From positions 1 through 29,467 of IMG/VR virus record IMGVR_UViG_3300033067_000880: a stretch of 29,467 bases of DNA. One strand, written 5' to 3'. Under the pieces are notes generated by a model. That model saw nothing but the letters and a program-made list of their open reading frames with translations, was not told the origin of the DNA and searched no databases. Position 1 is the stretch's first letter. Each line of letters starts with the position of its first letter. A program made the position numbers and the translations under genes. Below, piece by piece: positions 1-8,136 of the stretch. This DNA is from a virus. Its lineage: Duplodnaviria; Caudoviricetes.

Positions 1-2225
1 GGATTCCTTTGCGGCGAGTAGCCGTACTTGGCGAAATACCGATGCCACGCCTGGATGTATGCGGCGTTCGAGTTGTGGACCTGATCGCCTGCGGGTGAAG
101 CGTCCGGGGAGCCCGGCGCGATGCCGAGGTCATAGGCGAGGGCGTCCCCGCCAGAGTACAGGAGCGAGAGGTCGGCAACGATGAACCCGGGACGCGGACC
201 GAGATAGGCACCGATGACGCTCGCGTAGCGGTCAAAGCGGTATTCCTTCTGGGCGTACTGCTGGAGTCCCGTGCCGCCGCTGATCGCCGTGTCGTCGGCA
301 ATGACCGTTTTTGTGGCCGAGAGCGGTATCGGGCGCACCCAGACGTACCAGAAGCGAGCCGCGTCTCCGCCCGCCGCGATCCACTTGGACCGCTTGAGGT
401 TGTAGTCAAAGAGCAGATCCGTCGCAAGCCCGAGCGGGTTCATCAGGAGATTGCCCTGATAGACAACCGACGTGTCGGCGTGCGCCGCCGGGACCGTGCC
501 ATAGATGCCCCGCGTGATCGTGCCCGCGTACGTCGTCGCCGTGATGGACGTGTAGCCGATTCGCTCGGTGCCGATGAGGATGTGGCCCGACGCGGGCGAG
601 CCAGCGGTGGAGACAACCGTGATCGCCGTCGTTGAGGCGTTCGTTACAGCCGTCCCGCCGTTGATGGTCGTCTGTCGTGCGATGGTCCAAGGCTCTGTCG
701 GGTCCACCAGAGCAGTCTCCGCCGTGGCCGCCGCCGTCGATTCGTTGTGGCCGGTACAGGTGACTTGGCAGAACCCGCCGATCTGGTTGCCGCCAAGGGC
801 CGTCGCACACGCGCCGGTGGTCGTGTCGGCCCCGAAGAGCTTGTACCGAGAGACGAGCCCCGCGTCAAACTCGCACGTCGTATTCGTCACATCGTAATTG
901 CGGAGGGCCTTGAGGAGAGCATTGAGCGTCTTGCCGCCCTGAGAGTCGCCCTCGGACTGGATGATGCCATATGGCCGATTGGCCGCGAAGAGCCCTTGGT
1001 ACATGATCGCCGCCGGACCCGCAGGGCCGCGCCCGTTCGTCGCCGACGTTCCAAAGTCGAGCGTCACCTGCGCCGTGCTCGTGAGGTCCGAGCCGGTGTA
1101 TCTTCGGTCGATGCGATGCAGCGAGCCAATCGCGTACGTCGCATCCCCGAGAGTCTGGAGGTGGCCTACTGCCGTGCTGTTGGAGTGAGCGTTGCCAGCC
1201 GTTCCGAGCTGCGCCCGCGTGATGCCCGTAAACGTCGTGGCAGTCTTGCCCGTGTAGGCGATGATCTCTTGAACCGTGCCCTCGGTGATGATGTAGCCAG
1301 CCGTGGGAAACTGAGTAGTCGAGACGACGGTAATCGCCGCTGTCGTCACGCCGTCAGCAATGCCTCCATTGAGCGTCGTCGTCGTCTTGGCGGTGTAGGT
1401 CGTGTCGGTGTTGACCGGCGTAGCCGTCGTGTCGAATTGCAAAGACGCGATCGCGCACTGGGCCGCGTTCAGGTCGATGTTCGTCATGTAGAAAACCGAC
1501 TGAACCAAAACCGCTCCCGAGCCGATAGGATGCTTCGCCGCCGAGAGCATCGTGCTGATCGCCGCGCCGTTGTCGCACTGTCCGATGACCGCGCCGCTGG
1601 AGTGGGTCGCCGCCGTGGTTCCAAGGTTGCCGCGCGAGCAGCCGGTAAAGACGTTGGCGACAAGGCTCGTGTACTGGACAATCTCGCCGTCGATGCGGAT
1701 GCGTCCCGACGCCGCGAATCCCGCCGTGCTCGTGGCGGTAATGTCGCCGCCGATGAGGACCGCACCATTGGCCGTCGTCCCCGCGAGGTATCCGACTTGC
1801 GGGCCGATGTAGCCGCTCGCCGCCGGCACCGGGATCTGGCACCCGTACTGCTTGAACGCGACGGGGTAGCCGACAGCATCGACGCCGATGTCATTGACGC
1901 ACCCGAGTTTCGTGCTCGCGTTATTCCGACGCCGGGCTTCGTTGAGTCCCGCAGTGTCGTTGAATGCCGCCGTCGTGTTGGCCGGGATGAACTGCCCCGC
2001 ACACGGCGCGACGCCCGCGAACCCCTTCGCGAATCCGACCGAGTGCCCGCCGCCGGACCGCTCCACCGTCGAATCGCCCCACGCCTCGAACGTGAGCCGT
2101 CCCGTGCTTGTGGCGAACGTCACCATGTCGGTAAACGACTGGGGTTCAGCACGGGCCATCGGGATCGGCGCGAGCACCGACGCGAACGCGAGCAGGATCA
2201 GGACGGGAAGCCGAATCAGTCTCAT
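1..2225 (-). CDS. Secreted SGNH/GDSL-type hydrolase with three inserted ~65-70 aa repeats (3' partial, at least 741 aa)
   Basis: Manual translation is open from ATG 2225 (ATGA overlap) to the window edge. Signal peptide MRLIRLPVLILLAFASVLAPIPMARA; WGDS (GDS at 2070-2078); GHNE (741-752); DQVH (75-86). Missing from the ORF track because there is no stop in the window. Confidence 0.8.
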   Translation of the reverse strand, partial: MRLIRLPVLILLAFASVLAPIPMARAEPQSFTDMVTFATSTGRLTFEAWGDSTVERSGGGHSVGFAKGFAGVAPCAGQFIPANTTAAFNDTAGLNEARRRNNASTKLGCVNDIGVDAVGYPVAFKQYGCQIPVPAASGYIGPQVGYLAGTTANGAVLIGGDITATSTAGFAASGRIRIDGEIVQYTSLVANVFTGCSRGNLGTTAATHSSGAVIGQCDNGAAISTMLSAAKHPIGSGAVLVQSVFYMTNIDLNAAQCAIASLQFDTTATPVNTDTTYTAKTTTTLNGGIADGVTTAAITVVSTTQFPTAGYIITEGTVQEIIAYTGKTATTFTGITRAQLGTAGNAHSNSTAVGHLQTLGDATYAIGSLHRIDRRYTGSDLTSTAQVTLDFGTSATNGRGPAGPAAIMYQGLFAANRPYGIIQSEGDSQGGKTLNALLKALRNYDVTNTTCEFDAGLVSRYKLFGADTTTGACATALGGNQIGGFCQVTCTGHNESTAAATAETALVDPTEPWTIARQTTINGGTAVTNASTTAITVVSTAGSPASGHILIGTERIGYTSITATTYAGTITRGIYGTVPAAHADTSVVYQGNLLMNPLGLATDLLFDYNLKRSKWIAAGGDAARFWYVWVRPIPLSATKTVIADDTAISGGTGLQQYAQKEYRFDRYASVIGAYLGPRPGFIVADLSLLYSGGDALAYDLGIAPGSPDASPAGDQVHNSNAAYIQAWHRYFAKYGYSPQRN

Positions 2226-2485
2226 GGGGTCACTCCGGGGGGTGTCGTCTTGCCGCCGCGAACCCACGCCGCGCCGAGCGTCGAGAGGTTGCCGACAAGT
2301 CCGCCGACGATGAGGTTGAAGGGAGGAGGAAGGAACGCACCGAGCCCGCCGACCGTTGGCCCCGTCGTTTCGAGCGACTTGGCGACGGCCTCCCGCTGTG
2401 CGTCCCCTTGGGCGCCGGGAAGGAACGAGCAACCGGCGATGAGCAACGCGAGCCCGACGATCGAGAGAGCGATGATCTTTCTCAT
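2222..2485 (-). CDS. Small lipoprotein (87 aa) with C-terminal hydrophobic segment; spanin-like candidate
   Basis: MRKIIALSIVGLALLIAG-C lipobox at Cys19; hydrophobic LGAFLPPPFNLIVGGLVGNLSTLGAAWV; ATGA overlaps at both ends. Confidence 0.7.
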   Translation of the reverse strand: MRKIIALSIVGLALLIAGCSFLPGAQGDAQREAVAKSLETTGPTVGGLGAFLPPPFNLIVGGLVGNLSTLGAAWVRGGKTTPPGVTP

Positions 2486-2670
2486 TTGGCCGCCTCCGTG
2501 GCGATTCCCGTGTCGTCGATCTTGGACCACTGCGAGAGGATGCCAGTGACCGCCGCCATGATCGCGGTGCCCCATTCGACACTCGCGTACTTCGTGCAAA
2601 GGCCCATCGCCGCCATGAGGAGCAGTTTGCGGATGAGCGAGTTGACGGTGGGGGTAAACAGCTTTTTCAT
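2482..2670 (-). CDS. Small membrane protein (62 aa), holin-like
   Basis: MKKLFTPT... with two short hydrophobic helices and a charged C-terminus; coupled by ATGA overlaps. Confidence 0.55.
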   Translation of the reverse strand: MKKLFTPTVNSLIRKLLLMAAMGLCTKYASVEWGTAIMAAVTGILSQWSKIDDTGIATEAAK

Positions 2671-2981
2671 GGGTTCCGCCTTTCGAGGATCTTCTTCACG
2701 TCGAGCCCGATCTCTTTCACGTCCGCCTTGGTCTCTTTGAGGTCCGTCTTGATCTGCTTCGCGTCTTCCTTGGCCGAGTCCGCCGTGGTCTGGGCCGTCT
2801 TGATGCTCTCTCGGAGCTGCGACCACACGAGCACGGCGCTTCCGCCCGCGAGAACGAGAGCGACCGTGAACGCCCATGCCGCCCGAGCGTTTGCCGACAC
2901 CTTGGAGTCTGGCGTGAACTCGGGCTCTCGGTTGTCGTTCACCCGGTCATGTGGATTGAAGGCGTGCTGCCTGTGAGACAT
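2667..2981 (-). CDS. Single-TM plus coiled-coil protein (104 aa); holin- or i-spanin-like
   Basis: TM AWAFTVALVLAGGSAVLVW followed by heptads IKTDLKETKADVKEIGLDVKKIL; AGGAG RBS. Confidence 0.6.
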   Translation of the reverse strand: MSHRQHAFNPHDRVNDNREPEFTPDSKVSANARAAWAFTVALVLAGGSAVLVWSQLRESIKTAQTTADSAKEDAKQIKTDLKETKADVKEIGLDVKKILERRNP

Positions 2982-2996
2982 AGAGACTCCTGTAGA

Positions 2997-3458
2997 TCAA
3001 GAATGAGCGATGGAACTCCCGCTCTCGCGCCGACACCATCCGCTGATCGTCACTGTCGCCGCCCGTATCCGCCGCTGTTCGTCGGGAACCTGCGCCTCCT
3101 GAATAATCGCCTCGTCGAGGTGCAGCTCGTGAGTCGTCCCCGCGTCCGTCGTGTACTTCATGCTCATCGCCTGTTCCACTTTCGAGCAGGCCCCGTCCAT
3201 CGTCGCCTGATCGGTTTCGATGCGAGCCTCCGAGACGATGACGACGACTACGACTTTCACGTCGGCCAGGTGGTTCTCGTCATTGCGGCACCGGCGCCGG
3301 GACACCAAGTCGCACGCGACAAGCCGAATCTCCACCTCGGGGCTATCGGGGTCAACGCCGCCGAGCGGAACGAGTGTGTAGTTCGTCCCCGCGATCGTGA
3401 GGAAGAGGTCCGTTACGAGCTTGACGATCATGGACTTGTCGATGAACACGTCGGCCAT
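2997..3458 (-). CDS. Putative tail terminator/completion protein (153 aa)
   Basis: Size, helix-strands-helix-strands pattern (DVKVVVVVIVSE...MDGACSKVEQAM...RAATVTISG) and position among virion genes. Confidence 0.5.
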   Translation of the reverse strand: MADVFIDKSMIVKLVTDLFLTIAGTNYTLVPLGGVDPDSPEVEIRLVACDLVSRRRCRNDENHLADVKVVVVVIVSEARIETDQATMDGACSKVEQAMSMKYTTDAGTTHELHLDEAIIQEAQVPDEQRRIRAATVTISGWCRRESGSSIAHS

Positions 3459-4291
3459 TACCAGAGCCCTCCAAGATCCTGGAGGTCGTAGATTTGAGCC
3501 GCCGACGACGCGATCGGGACGCCATCCTTATTCGTCTTGGTCCACTGCGTCAGCCAATCGGGCGCGGCCTGGAGCAAGTGAACCACTTCGTAGACGTAGT
3601 TCGTGCCCGTCGCCGAGAGAATCCATTGGGTCGATTGAGGCCCCATGTACCGGAGTTGGCCGATCGCAAAGTCGAGCGACGGCGGAGATAGATTGAGGTT
3701 GTACGGCGTCTTCATCCGCGGCAACGTCATGGCGTTCGCGTTCCGCGAGCCGTTGGCACCGAGTGTCAGCATCCGGGCCATGTTCAGCGACTGGGGATTG
3801 AGCGAGAACCCGTGAACCTTGCACGAGAACGACGCGACTTCCTTTGCGGCGCCCTCGCCGTTATTGATCGGGCCGCTGTCGCCCTCGTGGCCCGGAGTGA
3901 ATGGACCGCCCGGGTTGAATCCGAACATGACCTGCACCGATCGCTGGGTGTAGTCGAGCTCCGTGTAGTTGCTCTCGGGACCCGTCACCTGATAGCCCCA
4001 GTTCACGTAGCCAGCCGATGCGTACTTCACCGTGACCTTGCAAGCCCCGCCGGTCTGGTTGCCCTGCCGGTCCCACCCGCCGATGCGAACCGCCTCCGCC
4101 GTCGTCGCGAATAGCCCGGTCGTCCCGTACTGGTCGCCCACTCGCGGGATGCCCGTCGCCATCAATGCGACGAGGTGATCGCCGGTCCCAGTGACAAGGG
4201 CAGTGCGTGTCATAGTCCGACCATTCGCGTCTTTGGCGGATGAGGTCGGGAACTTTTCGAGGTCGTCGGGCCATGAGACTTCAATCGCCAT
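3458..4291 (-). CDS. Hypothetical virion/tail protein (277 aa)
   Basis: Beta-, G- and T-rich ORF in the late operon; TAATG overlap with the next gene. Confidence 0.6.
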   Translation of the reverse strand: MAIEVSWPDDLEKFPTSSAKDANGRTMTRTALVTGTGDHLVALMATGIPRVGDQYGTTGLFATTAEAVRIGGWDRQGNQTGGACKVTVKYASAGYVNWGYQVTGPESNYTELDYTQRSVQVMFGFNPGGPFTPGHEGDSGPINNGEGAAKEVASFSCKVHGFSLNPQSLNMARMLTLGANGSRNANAMTLPRMKTPYNLNLSPPSLDFAIGQLRYMGPQSTQWILSATGTNYVYEVVHLLQAAPDWLTQWTKTNKDGVPIASSAAQIYDLQDLGGLW

Positions 4292-4303
4292 TGGTGGTCA
4301 AAC

Positions 4304-4786
4304 TCAGTACGTCGCCTTCGTGAAGTCCGCCATCTTGCAGACGATGGTGATCGTCGGGATTGAATCAACCTGGTCCGACGTTGCGATCTCGGGCACCTTG
4401 TCGAACCAGCAGTTTGCCATCGTGATCTTCTGGCCGACCGACGCGCCGCGGAAGTTGGGCCACGAGAGCACGAGCCCCGCCGTGTGGGTCGGCACCGTTC
4501 CGGCCGCCGCGTTGACCGCAGCTGCCAGGGCGTAGAGGCTCGTCGCCGTCGTGAAGTCCAGGCCGCGAACATCGAACGAGACGCGACAGAGCGAGTCGTC
4601 GAGTTCGATGGGTGTCTGTTGAACCGATCGATCGGTGTACTCGAATCGGCCTCGGTTGCCTTCCATGACCTTCACAGAGCCGGGAACGATGTTCTGCACC
4701 GTGATCGTGTCGGTGGCAGTCGTGAGGATCGCCGTGCCCGAGTTCTCGAACCGGCGCGGCGTGCTGTGGGCGTTGACTGAGGCCAT
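4304..4786 (-). CDS. Putative tail tube protein (160 aa)
   Basis: Size and beta-strand pattern typical of tube proteins (CRVSFDV, LVLSWP, KITMANCWF, TITIVCK); AAGGA RBS. Confidence 0.5.
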   Translation of the reverse strand: MASVNAHSTPRRFENSGTAILTTATDTITVQNIVPGSVKVMEGNRGRFEYTDRSVQQTPIELDDSLCRVSFDVRGLDFTTATSLYALAAAVNAAAGTVPTHTAGLVLSWPNFRGASVGQKITMANCWFDKVPEIATSDQVDSIPTITIVCKMADFTKATY

Positions 4787-4810
4787 GGGTGTTTCCTTCG
4801 CGTGAGTGGA

Positions 4811-5638
4811 TTACCGCGCCTGGCGCGGATCAACGATGTCGGGGAGAGTGCAGGTGCCCCAAGCGATGAGGCTCGGGTCGGATGGGTTGATGATGCGAAC
4901 GGCGGCGCCGAGGGTCGATGCTCCAAATGTCAGGGGCCGGGCCAGCCGCGAGAAGTCGAGCACACCCGACGTCGCAATCATCGTGCCGCACGTCAGGCCC
5001 ATCGGTCCAGTGTCGGTTCCGAATCGAACCGTGCCGCCGGACACCGTGAGCGTGCCCGAGGGTGTCACGTCCTTATGACTCATCCGCAGTTCGCCGCCGG
5101 ACACCACGCCATCGGTGAAGTCCCGCAGCGTCTCGCAGACGCCTCCCGAGACGGTCAAGAGGTCAACCGTGGGATTCGCGTTGCTCTGCGCGATGTACAT
5201 CGCCCCGCCCGAGACTCGGCAGTTGTCGAGGTCCACCGAGTCCCAGACGTTCGTTGCCCCGCCCTTGCCGAGAAGGTTCTTGAGCCGGCAGTCGGTCCAG
5301 TGAACAGTCCCGCCGTTGACGGGATCGATGAGAGCCTGATAGATGATCGCCGCGTTGGACGATGAACCGAGTTTGAGCGTCCGCCCGCCCCAGTTGACGG
5401 TCACGAGGCCCGTACTCGTCCGGTCGCAAACAAACTTGAATGGGGCCGCCTCAATGTCGCCCGTATACCCCGCACCAAACTTCACCGCGAGCAGATCGAT
5501 CGCCGCCAGGTTGGGCAGACTGTTCGTGTACTTCACCGAGTCCCGCGAGAAGCTCACGGAGTCGCCGGCCGCGGGCGTGCCGCCGAGAGCGACGAGAATG
5601 TCGTTTGAGAGCACGTCGTTATAGAAGATCGTCGGCAT
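4811..5638 (-). CDS. Beta-helix-like virion protein (275 aa)
   Basis: PAAGDSVSF N-terminal motif and recurring VSGG/VNGG turns (CRVSGG, LTVSGG, VVSGG, LTVSGG); AGGAG RBS. Confidence 0.6.
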   Translation of the reverse strand: MPTIFYNDVLSNDILVALGGTPAAGDSVSFSRDSVKYTNSLPNLAAIDLLAVKFGAGYTGDIEAAPFKFVCDRTSTGLVTVNWGGRTLKLGSSSNAAIIYQALIDPVNGGTVHWTDCRLKNLLGKGGATNVWDSVDLDNCRVSGGAMYIAQSNANPTVDLLTVSGGVCETLRDFTDGVVSGGELRMSHKDVTPSGTLTVSGGTVRFGTDTGPMGLTCGTMIATSGVLDFSRLARPLTFGASTLGAAVRIINPSDPSLIAWGTCTLPDIVDPRQAR

Positions 5639-5649
5639 CCGTGAAACTC

Positions 5650-5886
5650 CTACCGCACTTCCATCTCGGCCCTCAACCTCACAAACGCGATCAACTGCGC
5701 CTTCATCCCCCGGCCCATCCGCTCGAACCGCCGCACGTACTCCACCGGGTCCTGCCCAAACGTTCTCGCTACTTCCAAGGCCATGTACAGGGGAGTCAGA
5801 ACGTGAGCCTCTTTCGTCGGGCTCGGAATGTCCTCACTCCCCAGCGGCCCCGCCCTTCCATCGCGAGGCCGCCTTATCAGTTTCCC
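5650..5886 (-). CDS. Tail assembly chaperone gpT-like extension (-1 frame of the G-T fusion)
   Basis: The -1 frame from GGGAAAC is open to TAG at 5650-5652 and reads KLIRRPRDG...LYMALEVARTFGQDPVEYVRRFERMGRGMKAQLIAFVRLRAEMEVR; it fills the gap before the next gene. Confidence 0.8.
   Translation of the reverse strand, partial: GKLIRRPRDGRAGPLGSEDIPSPTKEAHVLTPLYMALEVARTFGQDPVEYVRRFERMGRGMKAQLIAFVRLRAEMEVR
5844..5886 (-). promoter_or_regulatory. Programmed -1 ribosomal frameshift signal: G_GGA_AAC heptamer plus stimulatory hairpin
   Basis: Heptamer at 5886-5880 directly before TGA; 7 nt later a 10-bp stem GCGGCCUCGC/GCGGGGCCGC (5872-5863 with 5853-5844) with a 9-nt loop. Confidence 0.85.
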
Positions 5887-6365
5887 GCCGCACCCGCCGC
5901 AACATCCGCCGTCGCCAGTTTCTCGTACGCCGCCCGCAAAGGCTCAAGCCGACTCTCGGCCATGCCGCCCAGGACTCTCATCGCCTCTTTGCACCAAGCC
6001 TCGTTCGCCGCGCCGATTTCGTTCTCGGGCAGCACGAGTACCTCCGACAACGCCATCGGCGCCGGGTTCTTTGCGATGCTCGCCGGGCCGGTGTTGACCG
6101 TGTAGCCGATGGTCACGGAAAGATCGATCGCCGCCGCGAGTTCAAGGATGCCCATTTCCTTCTGGTCCGCCATGAGCCGGGCCTGATAGATCGGGCTCGC
6201 GTAGTCCCGCTCGCCGTTCTCCATCGTCGGGGCCACCGGCGCGGGCCAGTTCGCCCGAAGCTGCGCCATGGTGGCGACAGACACCGCCGTCAGTTTGCAG
6301 GGCTTGCCGAGCCAGGTGATTTCCGCCGTGTCCAGAAGTGCCGCCGATTCGTCGATCGTGAACAT
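5877..6365 (-). CDS. Tail assembly chaperone gpG-like (162 aa)
   Basis: Ends in ...AAGN* on a slippery heptamer, as in many tail chaperones; N-terminal EITWLGKPCKLTAVS pattern; GGAG RBS. Confidence 0.75.
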   Translation of the reverse strand: MFTIDESAALLDTAEITWLGKPCKLTAVSVATMAQLRANWPAPVAPTMENGERDYASPIYQARLMADQKEMGILELAAAIDLSVTIGYTVNTGPASIAKNPAPMALSEVLVLPENEIGAANEAWCKEAMRVLGGMAESRLEPLRAAYEKLATADVAAGAAGN

Positions 6366-6393
6366 TCGATGCTCCGTGAGGGATGGGAACTTG

Positions 6394-6433
6394 AATCAAA
6401 CGGGCACGAGCGGGTTTTCGCCGCTCGCCCCGT
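6394..6433 (-). terminator. Probable weak intrinsic terminator or stabilising hairpin after the major capsid gene
   Basis: mRNA ACGGGGCGAGCGG-CGAAAAC-CCGCUCGUGCCCGU followed by a short tail UUGAUU. Confidence 0.55.
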
Positions 6434-6445
6434 AGTCATGAGTGG
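6433..6445 (-). repeat. Inverted 13-bp copy of the late element (TAGTCATGAGTGG on +)
   Basis: Exact reverse complement of CCACTCATGACTA at 7440-7452 and 12326-12338. Confidence 0.85.
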
Positions 6446-6450
6446 ACGGT

Positions 6451-7425
6451 TTAGGAGTGGACAGACTTCAGGAGGCAGCCCGTCGCCGTGTAGTTGACCT
6501 GGATGCCAACGGTTCCACGGAAGCGGTACACGTCCGAGCGGGCCGACTCGTCGCGGTACTGTTCCGCGATTTCGTCGCCACCGTCGGCGGTGTTGACGTA
6601 GGTACGTCCGACGCAGAACTCATCGGGCGAATTGGTCTGCGCGACGTTGCCGACCCATGCGTAGGTGTCGGACCAGATGCCCGAGAGCGAGATTGCCACG
6701 CCCTCGGTTGCCCCGTTCTTGAGCGGAGTCCCGACGATGATGTCCTTGAGGCCCAGGGCGGCGGCGATCGATGCCCGGTTGGCGTCGTTCACGAGCTGAT
6801 CCGGGAGGATGGTGTACTTCTTGTTTCCGATGATCTGGGCGTTGTTGAGCAACGCGATCATGTTCTTCCAAGAGCACACCATGACAGCATTGGTCGGGTC
6901 CGCGCCGTTGGCGTACATGCACTCAAGAGCGAATCGCACGTCGTCGATCGGGGTGCCGCTCGCGCCGTCCCAGACGTTCGAGACGGTCTTCCCGGTCGTG
7001 CCCGCCAGGGGCCAATTCGTCTCGTTGAACAGGGCGGTTGCGGCGATGACTTCGCGGGCCGTGATGACCCGGCGACGGAGGATCTCGATGATGCTCGCCT
7101 CGTACTGGAACATATCCTCGTAGTTGGCCCGGTCGTTGTCGTCGTACGGCAGTTCGAGGCCGTCGTCGTAGCAGACGTAGGTCTTCTCGCTTGTCTTGCC
7201 GACGACGCGGTTGTAGTTGCCGCCCGGAGCTCGCTTGGTCAGCGCCGGGTTTTCGTAGTAGTTGGTCTGGGGCATCGTCCCGAACGAGCCCTTGTTCTTC
7301 GGCACGTTGATGCGGCCGAAGACTTTCTGGTAGATCGGGTTGAAGCCAAGGGGACGTTCTTTGACGGTGATCATCAGGTCTCCACGCGGGAGAGCCTGAG
7401 AGGTGGAACCACGGATGATGGGCAT
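6451..7425 (-). CDS. Major capsid protein, lambda gpE-like (324 aa)
   Basis: Follows protease and cement genes; RAPGGNYNR, KTYVCYDDGLELPYDD, REVIAA, WD...TPIDD, GIWSD motifs; GGAGA RBS before ATG 7425. Confidence 0.88.
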   Translation of the reverse strand: MPIIRGSTSQALPRGDLMITVKERPLGFNPIYQKVFGRINVPKNKGSFGTMPQTNYYENPALTKRAPGGNYNRVVGKTSEKTYVCYDDGLELPYDDNDRANYEDMFQYEASIIEILRRRVITAREVIAATALFNETNWPLAGTTGKTVSNVWDGASGTPIDDVRFALECMYANGADPTNAVMVCSWKNMIALLNNAQIIGNKKYTILPDQLVNDANRASIAAALGLKDIIVGTPLKNGATEGVAISLSGIWSDTYAWVGNVAQTNSPDEFCVGRTYVNTADGGDEIAEQYRDESARSDVYRFRGTVGIQVNYTATGCLLKSVHS

Positions 7426-7433
7426 TGCTGATT

Positions 7434-7464
7434 TCTCCACCACTCATGACTAGTGGGTGATGGG
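7434..7464 (+). repeat. Late element copy upstream of the capsid gene: TCTCCACCACTCATGACTAGTGGGTGATGGG
   Basis: 23 bp identical to 12320-12342, then TGATGGG after a 1-nt indel; includes the RBS. Confidence 0.9.
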
Positions 7465-7484
7465 AAAATCGGGAACGGGGGATC

Positions 7485-8078
7485 TTACGCGGAGATGTCG
7501 GACGAGTCGAAAGCGTGAATGGCGTACACGTCGTCGGCGGCGCCAGCGGTCACGGTCACGACGACCTGGGTTGCACTCCAAACGACGGTGGAGAGTGCTC
7601 GCGGTGCGCCGGTGGCGAGAACGAAGACCTGGACGAGGCCGACAGCGGGCGAGGCCGGGAAGGGATGGGTGAGCGTGAAGGCCGCGCCGCCGGTGGTTCC
7701 CTTCGCGTCCCAGCTTCGCTTCGACGGCTCGGGCAGGAGCTTCATCACTTCCGCGATGCCCGAAACGCTGGCGCTCGCGTTGATCGCCTTGCCGATCGGG
7801 GGACCGCTCTTGGTCGTGCTTCCCTGTCCGTTGGCCGCGCCGTAGATCGTGTCGCCCGCAACAAAGGTCGTTGCCATCGACAGGCGGAACGTGTCGGGCC
7901 GCGAGTGAAGGTAGCCGATCGCCTGATCGCCCGAGGCGTAGGCGTTGGCAGAGGTCGCGTCGTGGTCCTCGCCGACGCCGGCATAGACCCAGGTGTTCGA
8001 GGAGATTTTGAGACGGCGTGCCTCTTCGAGGGCCGTGCCAGCGGGCAGAGTCATAATGCCCGGATTCGTGGTGGTCAT
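7485..8078 (-). CDS. Capsid cement/decoration protein (DUF2190-like) with C-terminal extension (197 aa)
   Basis: AGTALEEARRLKIS...FVAGDTIYGAANGQGS...IGKAINASA...IAEV pattern; lies between scaffold and capsid genes. Confidence 0.7.
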   Translation of the reverse strand: MTTTNPGIMTLPAGTALEEARRLKISSNTWVYAGVGEDHDATSANAYASGDQAIGYLHSRPDTFRLSMATTFVAGDTIYGAANGQGSTTKSGPPIGKAINASASVSGIAEVMKLLPEPSKRSWDAKGTTGGAAFTLTHPFPASPAVGLVQVFVLATGAPRALSTVVWSATQVVVTVTAGAADDVYAIHAFDSSDISA

Positions 8079-8136
8079 TGGTCGTTTCTTTCAGCCGCTT
8101 AGCGGCGTGGATGCGTGTGGTTTCGACGCCCGCGAG

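Noticed and set aside
747-2549. 600-aa plus-strand ORF
   Set aside because: Arg-rich antisense shadow of the real minus-strand SGNH and lipoprotein genes; no motifs
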